NCBI GenBank assembly: GCA_037441705.1
Contig: JBBIRR010000010.1
Span: 1-64,000, forward strand
Direction of reading: 5' to 3'
Length of the DNA: 64,000 bases
Source of the DNA: Ignavibacteriales bacterium
GTDB taxonomy: Bacteria > Bacteroidota > Ignavibacteria > UBA10030 > UBA6906
A program made the translations under genes and the position numbers. The notes below the pieces were generated by a model. It did not search any database and was not told where the DNA came from. It was given only the letters and a program-made list of their open reading frames with translations. This document shows positions 8,481 to 18,015 of the stretch, one piece after another; within the stretch, counting starts at the first letter, position 1; each line of letters opens with the position of its first letter.

Positions 8481-11400
8481 TCACGTCGTTTTCATCAGGA
8501 GAGTGATGGTTGTTCCGTGCCCTGGCAAGGTGGCAATCTCCAGCTCTGCACCGATTGCGGCCGCGCGTGATCTGAGATTGGCCAGGCCATTTCCGGTAAA
8601 TATTTGAGCGGGATCGAAGCCGCAACCGTCATCCGCAACGTACATGCGGAACTGTCCGCCCGTTCGTTCCAGACGAACCTCCACGTTCCTGGCCCTCGCA
8701 TGCTTCACGATGTTGTTCAGAATCTCTTTGTAGATAAGGAAGAGATGCCGCCTCCGCTCGACATCGAGCCGCACATCGAACACATCGGGGCTGCAATGGA
8801 ACGAAAGGTTCATACCACCGAGCATAGCAGCGGCTACATCTTTCATCTTTAAGAGAAGGATCTCCGGTCCGTCATGTTCGGGGTTGATGAACCAGACAAT
8901 TTCCCGCATCGTGTCGGCAGTTTGTGTAGCGCTCTCGCTGATCTCGGAGAGCCTGTGTCGCTGCTCGTCCGTCAAGTTTGCACCTTCCTGCACCATGCGG
9001 CCAGCAAGCGCAATGGCGCTGAGATTGCTGCCGAGTTCATCGTGAAGATCCCGCGCAATCCGTAAACGGACTCGTTCCACTTCGAGTAACTTGTTGACGC
9101 GATAGTTGTATGCCAGTGTGAGCAAGCCTACAAAGAAAAGGATCGCGAACACCCGGAACCACCACGTTTGCCAGAATGGTGGAGTGATAATGATGGCAAC
9201 GGAGGTCCCCACGTCGTTCCACACGCCATCATTGTTCGAGCCTCTAACGCGAAAGATGTACGTGCCGGGATCGAGATGGGTGTAGTTGGCGCGCCGTCTC
9301 GTCCCAATCTTTATCCAATCATTGTCAACTCCTTCAAGCATGTACGCGTGCTGGTTCTTTTGGGGAGCAACGAAATCGAGCGCAGCAAACTCGAAGGAAA
9401 TGAAGTTCTGCGTATGGTCCAGGACTATCTCTTTCGTTGTATGAAGCGGTTGAGGCAATGGGAATGGCTCATTGAGAACGCTGAAGTCGGTGAGAACGAC
9501 GTTCGGTATGTGGGGGTTGTCACTCACACTATCGGGATGGAAGACATACAGGCCGCGTACGCTTCCGATAACAATCTCGCCGGTTCTGCTCATGATGGCA
9601 GATTCTCCCAGTCCCGAGATCCCATCACCCGCGTCGTAGTTGTGAAGTGTTCGCGAGTCGGGGTTGAAGCAGGAAATCCCCTTTGGCGAGACGATCCATA
9701 GATTGCCGCGCGCATCCTCCAACACCGCATGGACAATGTTGCTCAACAATCCATCCCGTTCCGTAAGATGCTGAAAGGAAGAGGTCTTCGAGTCAAACAG
9801 ATCAAGCCCGCCGCCGATGGTTCCCAACCACAGTCGGCCTCGCTTGTCCTTAAAAATCACCCGGACGTAATTGTTGTTGAGACTGTTCGACTCGCGCTGA
9901 TCATGTTCGAAGTGGGCAAGGATTCCACGCGACGGGTCGTACTTGATCAATCCGCTGAACTCCGTTCCCAGCCACAAAGTACCGTCCCGTTCTTCTATTA
10001 TGCTCTGAACATCATGTACCGCCGGGTCGCGGCGCGGTATGGTTGCATAATCTCCGTGGTAGGTAAAGCTCTGTTGCACAGGGTCGTACGCGACAAGGCC
10101 GCGGGATACTCCGATCCAGAGGTTCCCGTTAGAATCTTCGCAGAAAGCCGAGGCAGAATTGCCGGCCCTGCTTGAGTCCGAGCTTTCCAGCTTGAAGGTC
10201 TTGAACAGCCCCGTTCGGGTGTCGAGCCTGCACACTCCACTGCCGATGGACCCGAACCAAATTGATCCGCGCCGATCCTCGTAGATCCTTGAGACATACC
10301 GGGTCATCAGACCGTGAGGATTTTGCGGTTCGAAAGGGTGAAAGCGAACGTGCTGCTGCCTGCGATTGAATTCTGTGACCTCTCCGCCGCTGTTATGGAC
10401 AATCCACAGCGTTCCACCGCGATCCTCGTGTAGAGGACCAGCAGGCTCACGAATCCGTCCGCTCTCATCTCCCACCCGAACCAATGGGAACTTGTCTTTG
10501 GCGGGATTGTATTTGCTGATACCGCCATCCGCCCCGATCCAAACGATGCCTGACGTGCCTTTGCATATTGCGTAAATGTGATCTCCAATGACGCTTGCCG
10601 GCTTTCTGACATCATGCGTGATGTATCTGACCTCCCCCGTCTTTGTGTTCAGGATGTTCAATCCGCCCCCCGAAGTGCACAGCCACAAGTTGCCTGCGCG
10701 GTCTTCGTACATCGCTCGTATCGTGTTATCATTCAAGCCGGTGGCATGGTCCGGCCGCCAGGGAAATCGTAGAAACTTCCCTGTCTGTGGATCGAGCTTG
10801 TTCAACCCGCCGGTGTACGTGCCGAACCAGTGTCCCCCTTGTGAGTCCTCAAAGATTGAGATAACATGATTCTCCGAAAGACTTCGTGAGTCATTCGGAT
10901 CATGTCTGAAATTCGCAACCCGCCGACGGTCCCGTTCTATTTCATAAAGGCCCCTGAACCACGTTCCGATCCACAGAACTCCTGCCTTGTCTTCATAGAG
11001 GGACCGGATAACGGCCCCTCGTAACATCAACAGTGTGTCTTCAAGCGTAATGAACCTTTTTGTTTTTCGGTCGAACGCATTCAGATCGGTCGCGCCCACC
11101 CAGAGGATTCCGTTGTGATCGATCCTCAGCGCATACACATATTCGTTGTCGAGGCCGTGTCGAGAGAATCTTCCGGTTGACGCATCGAACGAACTCAGCC
11201 CGCCGCCGCCTGTTCCTATCCAGAGAACGCCGTTGTCATCAGGAAGAAGACATTGAATATGATGGTCCGGTATCGAATGGGAATCCGCGGGATTGTTCTT
11301 GTACTCGACCATCGTGTAGCCATCATACCGGTCCAGCCCGTCCTCGGTTCCAAACCACATGAAGCCGAACCTATCCTGTACGATTGCTCTCACATTAGGA

Positions 11401-11528
11401 TGAGAGAGGCCGTCTTCGACGGTGAGATTCTCGAATTGAAGGGTCTCGATTTGGGCGTAGAGTGCTGATGTCGGACGGAGAACTACGAACGCAGACAAGA
11501 GAACCGCCCCATTCAGCCCCCAAGGCAT
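8481..11528 (-). CDS. Second beta-propeller/YYY sensor histidine kinase (HisKA_3)
   Basis: QDRFGFMWFGTEDGL blades, YTHLDPGTYIFRVRGSNNDGVWN, RIARDLHDELGS, EILNNIVKHA, DDGCGF, GNGLANL; start set at ATG 11528 ahead of the signal peptide (uncertain). Confidence 0.92.
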   Translation of the reverse strand: MPWGLNGAVLLSAFVVLRPTSALYAQIETLQFENLTVEDGLSHPNVRAIVQDRFGFMWFGTEDGLDRYDGYTMVEYKNNPADSHSIPDHHIQCLLPDDNGVLWIGTGGGGLSSFDASTGRFSRHGLDNEYVYALRIDHNGILWVGATDLNAFDRKTKRFITLEDTLLMLRGAVIRSLYEDKAGVLWIGTWFRGLYEIERDRRRVANFRHDPNDSRSLSENHVISIFEDSQGGHWFGTYTGGLNKLDPQTGKFLRFPWRPDHATGLNDNTIRAMYEDRAGNLWLCTSGGGLNILNTKTGEVRYITHDVRKPASVIGDHIYAICKGTSGIVWIGADGGISKYNPAKDKFPLVRVGDESGRIREPAGPLHEDRGGTLWIVHNSGGEVTEFNRRQQHVRFHPFEPQNPHGLMTRYVSRIYEDRRGSIWFGSIGSGVCRLDTRTGLFKTFKLESSDSSRAGNSASAFCEDSNGNLWIGVSRGLVAYDPVQQSFTYHGDYATIPRRDPAVHDVQSIIEERDGTLWLGTEFSGLIKYDPSRGILAHFEHDQRESNSLNNNYVRVIFKDKRGRLWLGTIGGGLDLFDSKTSSFQHLTERDGLLSNIVHAVLEDARGNLWIVSPKGISCFNPDSRTLHNYDAGDGISGLGESAIMSRTGEIVIGSVRGLYVFHPDSVSDNPHIPNVVLTDFSVLNEPFPLPQPLHTTKEIVLDHTQNFISFEFAALDFVAPQKNQHAYMLEGVDNDWIKIGTRRRANYTHLDPGTYIFRVRGSNNDGVWNDVGTSVAIIITPPFWQTWWFRVFAILFFVGLLTLAYNYRVNKLLEVERVRLRIARDLHDELGSNLSAIALAGRMVQEGANLTDEQRHRLSEISESATQTADTMREIVWFINPEHDGPEILLLKMKDVAAAMLGGMNLSFHCSPDVFDVRLDVERRRHLFLIYKEILNNIVKHARARNVEVRLERTGGQFRMYVADDGCGFDPAQIFTGNGLANLRSRAAAIGAELEIATLPGHGTTITLLMKTT

Positions 11529-11696
11529 GATCTTGCAAGCATCAGGCAACGACAACCTCTTATAGGTTGGGAACTGTGCACACAGCTCGCAGAGTCGCAG
11601 GACTTCAAGAGAGGATTGAGACGCGGAGAAAGTGTGAGTGGACTGCTGGGTTCGGTGCTTTCTACCGTTATCCCGCAAGCTTTGCCATGGCTATGC

Positions 11697-11725
11697 AATA
11701 TAGAACAGCGCTACATCATTAGCAA
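11697..11725 (-). promoter_or_regulatory. Sigma70-like promoter of kinase 2
   Basis: Minus strand TTGCTA-N17-TATATT. Confidence 0.5.
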
Positions 11726-11743
11726 TGTGGTTAGATTAAAACC

Positions 11744-11791
11744 GCGCATCCACGCGAATGGGCGCGAATGAATGAAACGCCGGAGAGGAAA
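11744..11791. repeat. 48-bp direct repeat, copy 2
   Basis: Identical to 7142-7189. Confidence 0.85.
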
Positions 11792-11803
11792 TAGGATCTC
11801 GGG

Positions 11804-12457
11804 TCATCGCGGCATTGCCGAACGAGATGAACTGCGGCCTATCTGCCACGCAATGTCAAGACAGCGTGCATAGTCCTCTGGTGTGTTGATGTTCATGAGG
11901 GGATGGGCGGGCGAGTGCTGAACGTCGAGAGGAGGTGATACGATGGACGTGTGCAGCTTCTTCAGACAATCACGCACCGAGTATTGCCCGCGCTGAAGCT
12001 CCTCTTCGATCACCGGAAGACAGCGGCGCCGGTACAACCCGCACAATGGCTGAAGGCTGTTCCCGCCCAACACAATGGTCACATCGCCACGATGCTCTCG
12101 GGAAAGAACTAAACGAATGAACGCCGGCGTCAGGAAGGGCACATCACAGGGGACGATAAACACGGCATCGTTTCTGGCAACAGTGAGCGCAGCATGAATT
12201 CCTCCTAACGGCCCGCACTGTTTGTAGATATCGGCATGAATCGGCAAGCCAAGGAAAGCATACTCGTCGTGCCGATCTGCGATGATGACAACATCCGTGA
12301 CTGTGTCCAGCATCGTTTCGGCGACGTGCTGAAGGAACGGTTTTCCGTTCAGATCGAGCAGCGCTTTGTTACGATGCAAGCGCGAGCTTCGACCTCCCGC
12401 AAGGATGGCACCCGTTATTCTGTTTGGTTCGATCACTCGCTTGGCCATTCTTCCCAT
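11804..12457 (-). CDS. mobA: Molybdenum cofactor guanylyltransferase
   Basis: ILAGGRSSR, KALL, GPLGGIHAAL, PCDVP, QPLCGLY, NINTPED motifs. Confidence 0.92.
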   Translation of the reverse strand: MGRMAKRVIEPNRITGAILAGGRSSRLHRNKALLDLNGKPFLQHVAETMLDTVTDVVIIADRHDEYAFLGLPIHADIYKQCGPLGGIHAALTVARNDAVFIVPCDVPFLTPAFIRLVLSREHRGDVTIVLGGNSLQPLCGLYRRRCLPVIEEELQRGQYSVRDCLKKLHTSIVSPPLDVQHSPAHPLMNINTPEDYARCLDIAWQIGRSSSRSAMPR

Positions 12458-12670
12458 CGTGAAGAAGTTTCAGCCGTTACACACCCGCAGATTGCATGAT
12501 GGTGCGGGCATGGATGCAGTTAGTTCTGTGCCGCGAGCTTCTGCGTCAAGCGGCACTTCGCGCAAAACCGTTCGGTCGGGTTTGACCGAAGGTCCTCAAA
12601 CGGTGCCTCGGCGTCACAACGAACACATTTGCCGTACGTTTCCTCCGTTCGTGGTGAAAACGATCAGCCT

Positions 12671-14544
12671 TCATCGGATCAGCAGAAGCTTTCGTGTTTG
12701 CGAACCCGTCCCGGTCGTTAGCCGGTAGAGGTATGTGCCGCTGGGGACGGCCGTTGCATCCCACGTCACCTCATATGTCCCGGGCTTTTTTTCCTCCTTT
12801 ACTAACGTTGCAACTTCACGACCAAGAACATCATACACCTTGAGCGTCACGAATCCATAATCCCGAATCTTGAATCCAATGGTCGTGCTGGGGTTAAACG
12901 GGTTCGGGTAATTCTGTTCAAGAACAAATCGTTCCGGCTGCGACCAGGTCTCCGCCGCGGCGTTCGGTCCCGAAATCACAAAGGCGCTGTCGCTCGCATC
13001 GCTCACTGTCGGAAAAGCAAGGCTGGTGATGCGCACGAAAGCGGCACCGGTGGCCGGACCGGTGACCACCCAGTCTTCTGTTCCATCGTTGCTTGTGCTG
13101 TCGAACAGCGTCGTATAGGATTGTCCGCCATCGCGCGAGAGTTCGATGCGGACGCTTCCGGTGAGTAAGTTTGAGGTCCACGTAATGGTGTTCGTGTCGC
13201 CGATTCTCCAGTGCTCGCCGCCGGTAGGACGGCTGAATAGTAATAGCCGACGGGTTGTGCCCTTCGTGCGCGGAACGCCTCCTGGCGATACCCGCGCGGC
13301 GGAATGCGGTTATCGAAATAGAACGTGTCGTTGAACGCGCTGAGAAACGAATGGCCAGCCGGAATGCCGAGCGCGTCGGCAAGCTGCGGTGAGGTTCCCG
13401 GTTGAGCCTCGTAGACCTTGAGCTGCGAGTCGTTCCGCAGGCGCCCCGTCGCAGCATCATACTCACCGGAAGAGAATACCTCTCTACCATTCTCATCCTT
13501 GCCGACGACCGAAATCCACATGCGCCGCCCCTCGGGAAAGCCTGTCGGCAGTTTGTGTCCGGTGAGATTCGTAAGCCGCACCAGGGTAACCACACTGCCG
13601 GCATCGCGCCCGGCAACCACTTCCAGCCGGACAGCATCTTTGAGACGTTGCTGAGACCGCGCGATGCCTTCCTGCAGAAAAGAGACGGTGATGCCGCTCC
13701 AGTCTTCGGCTACCGCATACAGCCCAAGCGTATTCCCACCGGAGAAGTCATGGCTTGCCACATCGGAGCGATAGCGGGCACTGGGCGAAGTAGATGCCCG
13801 ACCCGCCGAGGGCTTCATGTGGCACGACTGGCATGTCTGCTTCCCCTCGGCAGCATACCAGCTCATCTTCCACTCGCTGTACGTGCGCTCCATCGGAATC
13901 TGCTCGCACGGCGGTGCGGTGCGGGGATTGTGCGAGAAGTACGGATTGCTCACCTCATGACAAACTCCGCAGAACTCGCTCGTCCGATAAAACGTGTCGG
14001 CCTGCGTGAGCTCGCAATGCTCGGGCAGTCCTCCTCGCGCCCCGCGCATCGGTTGGTTGGTGCGCTGCACCACGTACATCCCATTGCCGTAACCCGGAAC
14101 AGCTCCGCCGACGATTGCTCCGCTATCGGGACGCATCGGGTCCATCGAGCGATGGCAGAGGTCGCAATGCACACCGTCGAGATCGGTGCCGAACAGTGCC
14201 TGCACCGAGAGTTCATGCGAGCGTCCGGCCAGCCACGCGGAAGGCGAGTGGCATCGCAGGCAGTATTCCGGCGTATCGAAGCCGCGGGGAATCGTATACT
14301 TTGTTGTGATCGCCAGCAGGGCGTTGAACAGCGGGTCTCGCGTCGCGTGCGCCATCATGCTGCCCGACCACTCACGCACCTGCGCAGGATGACACATCAC
14401 GCAGCGCTCCACCGGCTCGGCCTCCGTCGTTTGCCCGGGTTGTGTGCCCGGCAGCCACAGCATGAGATGTTCGTTTGATCCGTACATGATCATGCCGAGA
14501 ACACCGCCGAGGAGGGCAACCACAACATACCTCACGCTTCGCAT
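12671..14544 (-). pseudogene. Pentaheme cytochrome c with Ig-like domain and T9SS CTD, split by a frameshift/deletion at ~13240
   Basis: Five CxxCH (CVMCH, CLRCH, CDLCH, CGVCH, CQSCH), TGHKLPTG; after AQPVGYYY another frame reads FSRPTGGEHWRIGDTNTITW...LEQNYPNPFNPSTTI...TRKLLLIR. Confidence 0.8.
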
Positions 14545-14556
14545 TCTGCCGTCAGG

Positions 14557-15864
14557 TCATTGCACGTTGATGATTGTTTCTTCCGTCTTCATTTCGAAGA
14601 TTGGTAGCTCGCGAATGTACTGCTCGGAACCCAACGAACGGAACAGATACGGACCGAACGGACGAAAGAGCAATCGAGCGCGTACGGTCCAGATGCCGGT
14701 ATACGGCACACGGAATCTGTACGTCCCTGTTCGCGCCTCGAACGGTTTGAGGGATGTGTTGACCACCGAGTCAATCTCAAAGACACTCGTCTCCTGCCCG
14801 TTCTTGAACAAATATCCCGAGAACAACATGAGATCGCGATCGGCGTTGGGCTGAAGCGAGCTGTGACGATCCATCAGGTCGCCGTTGGCGTCAAGGTGTC
14901 CCGACATGTACGCCGTATCCTGATCGCGATGCACTGTCAGTTCCACCCACATTTGTCTGTTGAAGAACACCGATGAGGGGATGTTGTGTCCCGTCTTATC
15001 GTTGCACACCGTAACGCGTACTTCGATCGTATCGGTTCGTCGCGCTGTGCTCGGCGCCGTGAGCGTCATGCAGGCGGAGTTTTTCAGCAGAGAGTCCACC
15101 ATGGCGCGCTGGGCCGCCTTGTTGGGGAAATCGGTGATGGCAACATCAACACCGACAAAATCGTGGCGATGGAGATTGGATCGGATGGGCCCGCCCACAG
15201 CAGCGCGGCCTGTGTACGTTCTCATGTGGCAGTTCTGGCACTCCACCGACATCGCCCCCCAGGCGCTGTTCTGCCACTCGGTGAATGTGATTTCCACGGG
15301 AATGTTGTTCACAACCAGGTCGTGACACTCGCGGCATTTCTCCGAGCGGCTAAACGACGGATCGTAAGCGCTCTCGTGGAAGCCGGAAGGAACGGGATCA
15401 GCAATCGAGCCGTACCTGGTATTCCCCGGCGAAATGTTATAGCGGATGCGTTGATTCGTTGTTGTGTGTGGCGGTCGCAGGGTGTGGCACACGTCGCAGC
15501 TCACGCCCTCGCGCACAATCTCCGGAAGCTCTTCGATCCGAAAGCTGGATCGTGCATTGCCCGTGAGGAATGCGATGGGTGAGTGACATTGCCAGCACCA
15601 ATCGCCAAGGCGGCCGTTTGTGCTTTGCTGCAGACTGTTATTGGCAAGCATCCAGATCGGATCGTTGGTCGCGTAGCGGTGCATCGAGCCTGCCCACTCC
15701 TCGTAATGCTGCGGATGGCAGGTTGAACAGACCTGCGCCGAGGTGAAGTCGGTTAGCCGCAACTGCTTCGTCTTCGTCGGCGCGTCGGCTCCCTGATCCT
15801 TGCATCCAGCGCCCAGTACGATTATGACGACACCAAGTGCAAAAGGATAGAGTATGCGATTCAT
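14557..15864 (-). CDS. Pentaheme cytochrome c lipoprotein
   Basis: Lipobox GAGC; CSTCH, CWQCH, CDVCH, CRECH, CQNCH; W.GSMH and TGHNIPS motifs shared with the downstream paralogue. Confidence 0.9.
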   Translation of the reverse strand: MNRILYPFALGVVIIVLGAGCKDQGADAPTKTKQLRLTDFTSAQVCSTCHPQHYEEWAGSMHRYATNDPIWMLANNSLQQSTNGRLGDWCWQCHSPIAFLTGNARSSFRIEELPEIVREGVSCDVCHTLRPPHTTTNQRIRYNISPGNTRYGSIADPVPSGFHESAYDPSFSRSEKCRECHDLVVNNIPVEITFTEWQNSAWGAMSVECQNCHMRTYTGRAAVGGPIRSNLHRHDFVGVDVAITDFPNKAAQRAMVDSLLKNSACMTLTAPSTARRTDTIEVRVTVCNDKTGHNIPSSVFFNRQMWVELTVHRDQDTAYMSGHLDANGDLMDRHSSLQPNADRDLMLFSGYLFKNGQETSVFEIDSVVNTSLKPFEARTGTYRFRVPYTGIWTVRARLLFRPFGPYLFRSLGSEQYIRELPIFEMKTEETIINVQ

Positions 15865-16151
15865 TTGGATTTTTCTTTTTGTTTAATGGCTGATGCTATG
15901 CGCGGTTGGAATTAAACCGCGAATTCACCCGAATGAGCGCGAATAGAAATCGGACGAATGAAATCCTTGTTTTCAGTATCTCGGTCGAACGGTGGATTGT
16001 CTCGGCAACCAGCGCCGCCCCGCCGACCATCACCCTATAAATGACGGCAGGGTGGAACGAGCAGAACGGGAATTTGTTTCCGAACTTCAACATTGCCCAT
16101 CAAAGAGGGTAAGCGCCCGGTCGTGTCCATTGGCTTCTTGCGCAAGATCGG

Positions 16152-17558
16152 TTAATGAGTCACAGCAAGCCCTGTGGGCATCTTTCCCACCTCTAACACT
16201 TTTGCAATCTGGCCCGTCCTATGGTCAATGACGCAGACATTACCGACGTACTCCATGGAATACCGCGGTACGTACAAATGACTGATATTCTCGTTCGACA
16301 CAAAAACGTAGCGACCATCGGCGGAGATATCCACGCCATGGGGATAGGCGAACGTGGCCGGCGCAGCAATTGTAGATATAACGTGACGCATGGGAATGTG
16401 AATGACGGAGACGGAATTACCGAGTCTGTTGGTCACGTAGCAAAACTCTCCGTCCGGCGTGAACTGGAGATGCCACGGCTGCGCACCGACGTGGAAGGAA
16501 TCGATTAACGTGTTCGTTGTCGCGTTAAACATCCGCACCTCGTTCCATTCGGAGCAGGTTACCATGAACACGCTGTCGTTGGGAGAGACGGCAACTTCCA
16601 TCGGCATATACTTCGTTGGACCGAACGGGCTTGCGTCATACGCAACAGGGATCGTGGCTATGACACTATCGCGTGCTACATCAATGACGGAGATGTTGTC
16701 GGACATCATGTTGGCAACGTACAGCCGCGTACCGGCGTGGTTCATGCGCATGCCATGAGGCATCGTCCACACGGTGATCGTTTTGATTACTGTCATCGTG
16801 CTCGTGTTCAGAACCACGACGCGGTTTGTACTCGACGTCATGAATTGCGAGACATAGAGTTTGCTTCCATCCGGCGTGAGTACGAGCAGGGCGGGGGAAC
16901 CCTGTACCGTTCCCTTTTTCACCAGCGTATCGGCATGAATATCAAACTTCCACACCTGGCCTGTACCGATGAGCGAAACGTACCAGTAATGATCTCCTGT
17001 CACGACGAAATGCGGTGCATCATTCGCGGGCGAAACACCTACGGAGATGTATTTCATGACGACGCCGTTGTCGAGATCTACCACCGCGACATTATCGTCC
17101 GATTGGTTGGGACAGTAGAGCTTGCGCGTTGTATGCATGAACGGTGTCTCTCCGTTGTCGTTGCGTGCTCCTTCCGCTATCCACCGCTTGAGAAAAGCAA
17201 CCTCAGGCGTTGTGAGTGAACGGCCGGTGAGCGTTGGGTGCGTTCTGCGTAAGGTCGTTCCATCAAACAGCAGCGTCAACAGACTTCGCTCGGGAGCGAA
17301 CGGGATAAGCGCTTCACCGTGGCGTGAACCCTTAAGCACATCGGCCCATGAGGTGAGTGCAAGACCCGCGGCCTTTGTTCCGGCGTCGTGGCAGTTTGCA
17401 GTGGCGCACGTCTGGTTCAACAACGGCTGAACGTGCTGCGAGTAAACGATCGTCGAGATGTTGGTGTAGTCAATGGGCGCTGGAGTGACCACGCTTTCCT
17501 GCCTGGTGCAACCGTGCAACATGCCAAGTACAACGATCACCACAATGAGTCTCTTCAT
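16152..17558 (-). CDS. Lipoprotein: N-terminal cytochrome-c-like domain + YVTN/YncE beta-propeller
   Basis: Lipobox LHGC; VQPLLNQTCATANCH...RWIAEGA; TPDGSKLYVS/TPDGEFCYVTN blades; start 17558 has AAAGGA RBS (an in-frame ATG at 17738 is an alternative). Confidence 0.82.
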   Translation of the reverse strand: MKRLIVVIVVLGMLHGCTRQESVVTPAPIDYTNISTIVYSQHVQPLLNQTCATANCHDAGTKAAGLALTSWADVLKGSRHGEALIPFAPERSLLTLLFDGTTLRRTHPTLTGRSLTTPEVAFLKRWIAEGARNDNGETPFMHTTRKLYCPNQSDDNVAVVDLDNGVVMKYISVGVSPANDAPHFVVTGDHYWYVSLIGTGQVWKFDIHADTLVKKGTVQGSPALLVLTPDGSKLYVSQFMTSSTNRVVVLNTSTMTVIKTITVWTMPHGMRMNHAGTRLYVANMMSDNISVIDVARDSVIATIPVAYDASPFGPTKYMPMEVAVSPNDSVFMVTCSEWNEVRMFNATTNTLIDSFHVGAQPWHLQFTPDGEFCYVTNRLGNSVSVIHIPMRHVISTIAAPATFAYPHGVDISADGRYVFVSNENISHLYVPRYSMEYVGNVCVIDHRTGQIAKVLEVGKMPTGLAVTH

Positions 17559-17930
17559 GTTCATTCCTTTTGAATGATAAGCCGATACCAGTTTGTCACC
17601 ATCTTCTGACCGTTGCGGTCGCCTAACGCGCCATCCCACACGGCGAACGCGATCGGGATCGTCATTCCCCTCTTCAGCACTACATCGTTCTTGTCGTGAG
17701 TGATGAGTGAGAATCTCGCGATGACTTGTTGTCTTCATACGACATCCTCACTCAAGGAAGTGGATTGAAGATCAGACTAATTCGGATTTCTGCCGCTCCG
17801 GACAAGTAGAGAGAAGCAAGTCAGAAAGGGGACGTGTGGACATATCAGGAACAATGGAGCGGGCTGTACAAAGAACAGAATGCGTCGCCTTTCAGGACAC
17901 AGTGGGGACTGTTCAGGCGAACGTCCGATG

Positions 17931-17979
17931 TTTCGGATACCCTTATCCGAAATATACGTTGCGAAAAGGGTTATGTCAA
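17931..17979 (-). promoter_or_regulatory. Near-consensus sigma70 promoter with overlapping palindromic operator
   Basis: TTGACA-N17-TATATT; TTTCGGATA-N4-TATCCGAAA at 17931-17952 covers the predicted +1. Confidence 0.75.
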
Positions 17980-18015
17980 GTACGTCGGATCATGCAGCGC
18001 GGCCAGGTGAATGAA

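Noticed and set aside
12458-12670. Moco riboswitch upstream of mobA
   Set aside because: Some hairpins are present, but I could not match the conserved Moco RNA elements; needs an Rfam search
13230-13312. Programmed ribosomal frameshift joining the cytochrome and its CTD
   Set aside because: No slippery heptamer or homopolymer, and sequence appears to be missing relative to the paralogue
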